DNA from: Kofleriaceae bacterium
Lineage (GTDB): Bacteria > Myxococcota_A > Polyangia > Haliangiales > Haliangiaceae
DNA length: 64,000 bases
Assembly (NCBI GenBank): GCA_965215005.1
Contig: CBDCCZ010000012.1
Span: 96,001 to 160,000, forward strand
Direction of reading: 5' to 3'
Below are positions 61,029-64,000 of this stretch, in pieces. The position numbers and the translations under genes are program-made. The notes under the pieces are model-generated. The model searched no databases. It saw nothing but the letters and a program-made list of their open reading frames with translations, and was not told the origin of the DNA. Each line of letters starts with the position of its first letter. Position 1 is the stretch's first letter.

Positions 61029-62552
61029 GCCGCGGCCTCCCGCGCCCGTCATCCAAGCGCCGATGCGCTCGCGGGCATCCTCCGCAGCGAGCTCGGCGGC
61101 ATCGAGAGTCGCGACCACCGCACCGCCGTACATGACCATCACGCGATCGGCGAGCGCTTCGAGCTCGGCCAGCTCCGCCGACACCAGGAGCACTGCCAGG
61201 CCGGCATCGCGCGCCGCGATCAGCCGCTGGTGCAGGGCTTCAATGGCGCCAACGTCGACGCCGCGGGTTGGCTGCGCGCACAGCAGGATGCGCGCGCCCG
61301 GCTGCGTCAGCGCTCGGGCCATGACGAGCTTTTGCTGATTGCCGCCGCTGAGCGCGCGCACCGGCGTGTCGAGCGCGGTTGGGCGTATGTCGTAATCGGC
61401 GACCAGCTGCTCGGCGTGGGCGCGCATGGCCGCTCGATCGAGGCCCCAGCGCGACGCGAAACGTCGATGTTGCCCGAGCAGCAGATTCTCGCCCATCGTC
61501 GCCTCGAGTATCACGCCGCGGGCATGGCGATCTTCAGGCACGTGCGCCACCCCGGCAGCGATGCGCTCCGCGACGCTTGCGCGGGTGATGTCGATGCCCT
61601 CGAGCAGCACGCGACCGCCGCTCACCGGCGCCAGCCCCGCCAACGCCAGCACCAACTCGCTCTGACCATTGCCGGCAACGCCCGCGACGCCGAGAATCTC
61701 GTTGCGACAGAGCTCGAAGCTGACGCCGCGAACCCGCGCGGATCCGCCACTCCGCACGAACAGATCCTGCACCCGCAACACCGCCCCGTTTGGCTTGGCC
61801 GGCGGCTTGTCGACTCGCAGCAGCACCTCGCGGCCGACCATGGCGCGCGCCAACTCGGTTGGTGAGGCACTGGCGGCAACGAACGTGTCGATTACCTTGC
61901 CCCGGCGCATCACGGTGATGTGCTCGGCGATGGCCAAGACCTCATCGAGCTTATGGGTGATGAGGACGATGGTCGTGCCCTCGCTCGCCAGTGCCCGCAG
62001 CATGGCGAAAAGCTCGCGCACCTCGCCCGGCGTGAGCACGGCGGTCGGCTCATCGAGGATCAACACATCGCAGCCGCGCCACAACACCTTGAGAATTTCC
62101 ACCCGCTGCTGCTCGCCCACGGACAGGTCTTCGATACGCGCATCAGGGTCGACGCCAAAGCCGAATCGCGCCGCCAAGGCCGCGACCTCGCGCGCCCCGC
62201 GCTGGCGGTCTAGAAATGGCCCGCGGCGATGCTCGGCGCCGAGCATGACGTTCTCGGTGACGGTGAGAGTCGGTACCAGCATGAAGTGTTGATGGACCAT
62301 GCCGAGCCCTGCGGCGATGGCGGCGCGCGGCTCGTGACGCTCGAGCGCGACCTGCCGCCCCTTGATCCGCAGACTGCCGCTGTCGGCGCGCTCCTGGCCG
62401 TAGGCGACCTTCATCAGCGTCGACTTACCGGCGCCATTCTCACCGACGATGGCATGCACCGTGCCCGACGCCACCGCGATGGACGCGCCGTCGTTGGCGA
62501 GCGTCTGGCCATAGCGCTTGTCGATGTCTTTGAGCTCGAGCGCCGGCGTCAT
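61025..62552 (-). CDS. Nucleoside-type ABC transporter ATP-binding protein (two NBDs)
   Basis: GENGAGKST, GMVHQHF, LILDEPT, LSGGNQQK, QPTRGVDVGA. The natural stop is probably TGA at 61025-61027, hidden by one extra base. Confidence 0.92.
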
Positions 62553-63550
62553 TGGCTCGGCACCTCGATCGCGCCAGCGGTGATCTTCGCGGCGATCGCG
62601 CGCACCTCGGCAACGACCTCAGCGGGGATACGAGCCGTGTTGTTGTCATCGTAGACAAATCCCACGCCGTCATCATCGAGCCCGAGCTCGGTCACGCCGC
62701 CAGAAAATTGGCCTTTGGCAACTTGTTCGATGACCCGATACACCGCCACGTCCACGCGCTTGACCATGCTGGTGAGCACGCAGCACGGCGCCTCGTGATA
62801 TTGGTCTGAGTCGACGCCAATGGCCCAGGCGCCGGCTTCTCGTGCCGCGTTGAATACCCCGACGCCGGTCTTGCCGCTGGCGTGATAAATCACGTCGGCG
62901 CCGCGGCTGTACTGGGTGGCCGCGAGCTCACGCCCGGTGGTGGGATCGGCAAACGCTTTCGGCTCGGTGCCGGCGTAGGCCGAGAGCACGCGGCAGTCGG
63001 GGCACGTGTAGCGCACGCCAGCGGCATAGCCGGCTTCGAACTTGCGAATCAGCGGAATCTTCATGCCGCCCACGAAACCAACCGCGCGCGTCTTGGTCAC
63101 CAGGCCCGCGAGCGCGCCCACGAGAAATGAGCCCTCGTGCTCGCGAAAGCGAATGCCGGCGAGGTTTGGCGGCGGCTCGCCACCGGAATAGTCGATGGCG
63201 GCGAACTTCACCTCGGGAAACTCGCGCGCCAGCTTGTTGATGTCGTCGGTGAAGATGAACCCAACACCGATGACCAGGTCGCTGCCTGCCGCCGCGAGCT
63301 GCCGCAGCGCACTCTCGCGATCCGAGCCATCGCCCGGCTCGATATAGCGGACTGCGACGCCGAGCTCGGCTTCGGCGCGCTCGAGGCCGCGACTGGCCGC
63401 ATCGTTGAACGATTTGTCGCCGCGGCCGCCAACATCGAAGACCAGGCCGATGTGGATCCCGCTCGAGGAGGCTTGCGGCGCCCCTAGGTTGGCCCCCACC
63501 GCGAGCAACGCCGCGTTGATCACGACAAGGCCGATGACCAAGCCGCGCAT
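62549..63550 (-). CDS. BMP family ABC transporter substrate-binding protein
   Basis: DVGGRGDKSFN, FREHEGSFLVG, GADVIYHASG, IGVDSDQ, LTSMVKRVD. Confidence 0.95.
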   Translation of the reverse strand: MRGLVIGLVVINAALLAVGANLGAPQASSSGIHIGLVFDVGGRGDKSFNDAASRGLERAEAELGVAVRYIEPGDGSDRESALRQLAAAGSDLVIGVGFIFTDDINKLAREFPEVKFAAIDYSGGEPPPNLAGIRFREHEGSFLVGALAGLVTKTRAVGFVGGMKIPLIRKFEAGYAAGVRYTCPDCRVLSAYAGTEPKAFADPTTGRELAATQYSRGADVIYHASGKTGVGVFNAAREAGAWAIGVDSDQYHEAPCCVLTSMVKRVDVAVYRVIEQVAKGQFSGGVTELGLDDDGVGFVYDDNNTARIPAEVVAEVRAIAAKITAGAIEVPSQ

Positions 63551-63608
63551 CAGAGGCTCACCACGCGGCACGCCTCTGCGTCACTAGCAACTCGCGCAAG
63601 CGCAGCGC

Positions 63609-64000
63609 TCACTCGTGCAAAAACGCCAGAAGACCCAGCGAGTTGAGAAACACCAACACAATCGCCAGCGGCGCGATGTAGCGGATCGCAAAGCTCCACG
63701 CCGGATACAGACCGCCCCAGCGGGTACCGCTGGCAAATTGCTCGCGCGATACCGTTTTGGGAATCACCCAACCGACGAAGATCGCCACCAACAGGCCGCC
63801 CAGCGGCAGCAGCAAATTGGACACGTAATGGTCCCAAAATCCGAGCCAGGAGCGCGCCCCCTCCGGCGCGAGCAACACCTCAGCGATCGCGGGCCAACCA
63901 GCAAACAAATGCCGATCGCCAAACGCCGACGGAATGGCAAAGATCGTGATCGCGCTGCCGGTGGCGAGAACTGCTTTCGTGCGGCTCCAGCCAAAGCGGT
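63609..64000 (-). CDS. Sodium-dependent transporter, NSS/SNF family (C-terminal part only)
   Basis: Frame open to the window edge: GWSRTKAVL..AIPSA..DHYVSNLLLPLGGLLVAIFVGW..IRYIAPLAI. Confidence 0.85.
   Translation of the reverse strand, partial: RFGWSRTKAVLATGSAITIFAIPSAFGDRHLFAGWPAIAEVLLAPEGARSWLGFWDHYVSNLLLPLGGLLVAIFVGWVIPKTVSREQFASGTRWGGLYPAWSFAIRYIAPLAIVLVFLNSLGLLAFLHE

Overview
A GC-rich, gene-dense stretch of core chromosome, most likely from a myxobacterium (Myxococcota, Haliangium/Kofleria-like by inference from Tgl-like pilotin, paired Glt-like beta-barrels, FG-GAP lipoprotein, eukaryotic-type Ser/Thr kinase and an MglC-like roadblock protein). Gene order: ppdK (partial)-glyS-glyQ-hypothetical-recO-HTH-tgl; alpha/beta hydrolase; class II amidotransferase-like protein with Thr in place of Cys1; FG-GAP lipoprotein; TetR; FadL plus a 1097-aa orphan lipoprotein; methyltransferase; kinase; Gly-zipper protein; AI-2E-lapB-lapA-rpsA-cmk; an operon of membrane proteins-PPIase-roadblock-DUF4350-MoxR-DUF58; cobS-cobT-smc; DUF4129-like protein; ftsY; two beta-barrels; PDZ protein; tamB-Omp85; an unannotated 40-aa basic peptide; thioesterase; ygfZ; zinc-ribbon protein; BMP-type nucleoside ABC transporter; partial NSS symporter. 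I saw no rRNA, tRNA, CRISPR array or mobile element. About 15 apparent single-base insertions (14 between 35.7 and 50 kb, one at 61 kb) break smc, ftsY, tamB and others and most likely are sequencing errors. Best leads: the 40-aa basic peptide, the roadblock-MoxR operon with a displaced DUF4129-like partner, the giant lipoprotein-FadL pair with an upstream palindrome array, and the Thr-type Ntn protein with a structured leader. All family assignments are by eye; no searches were run.
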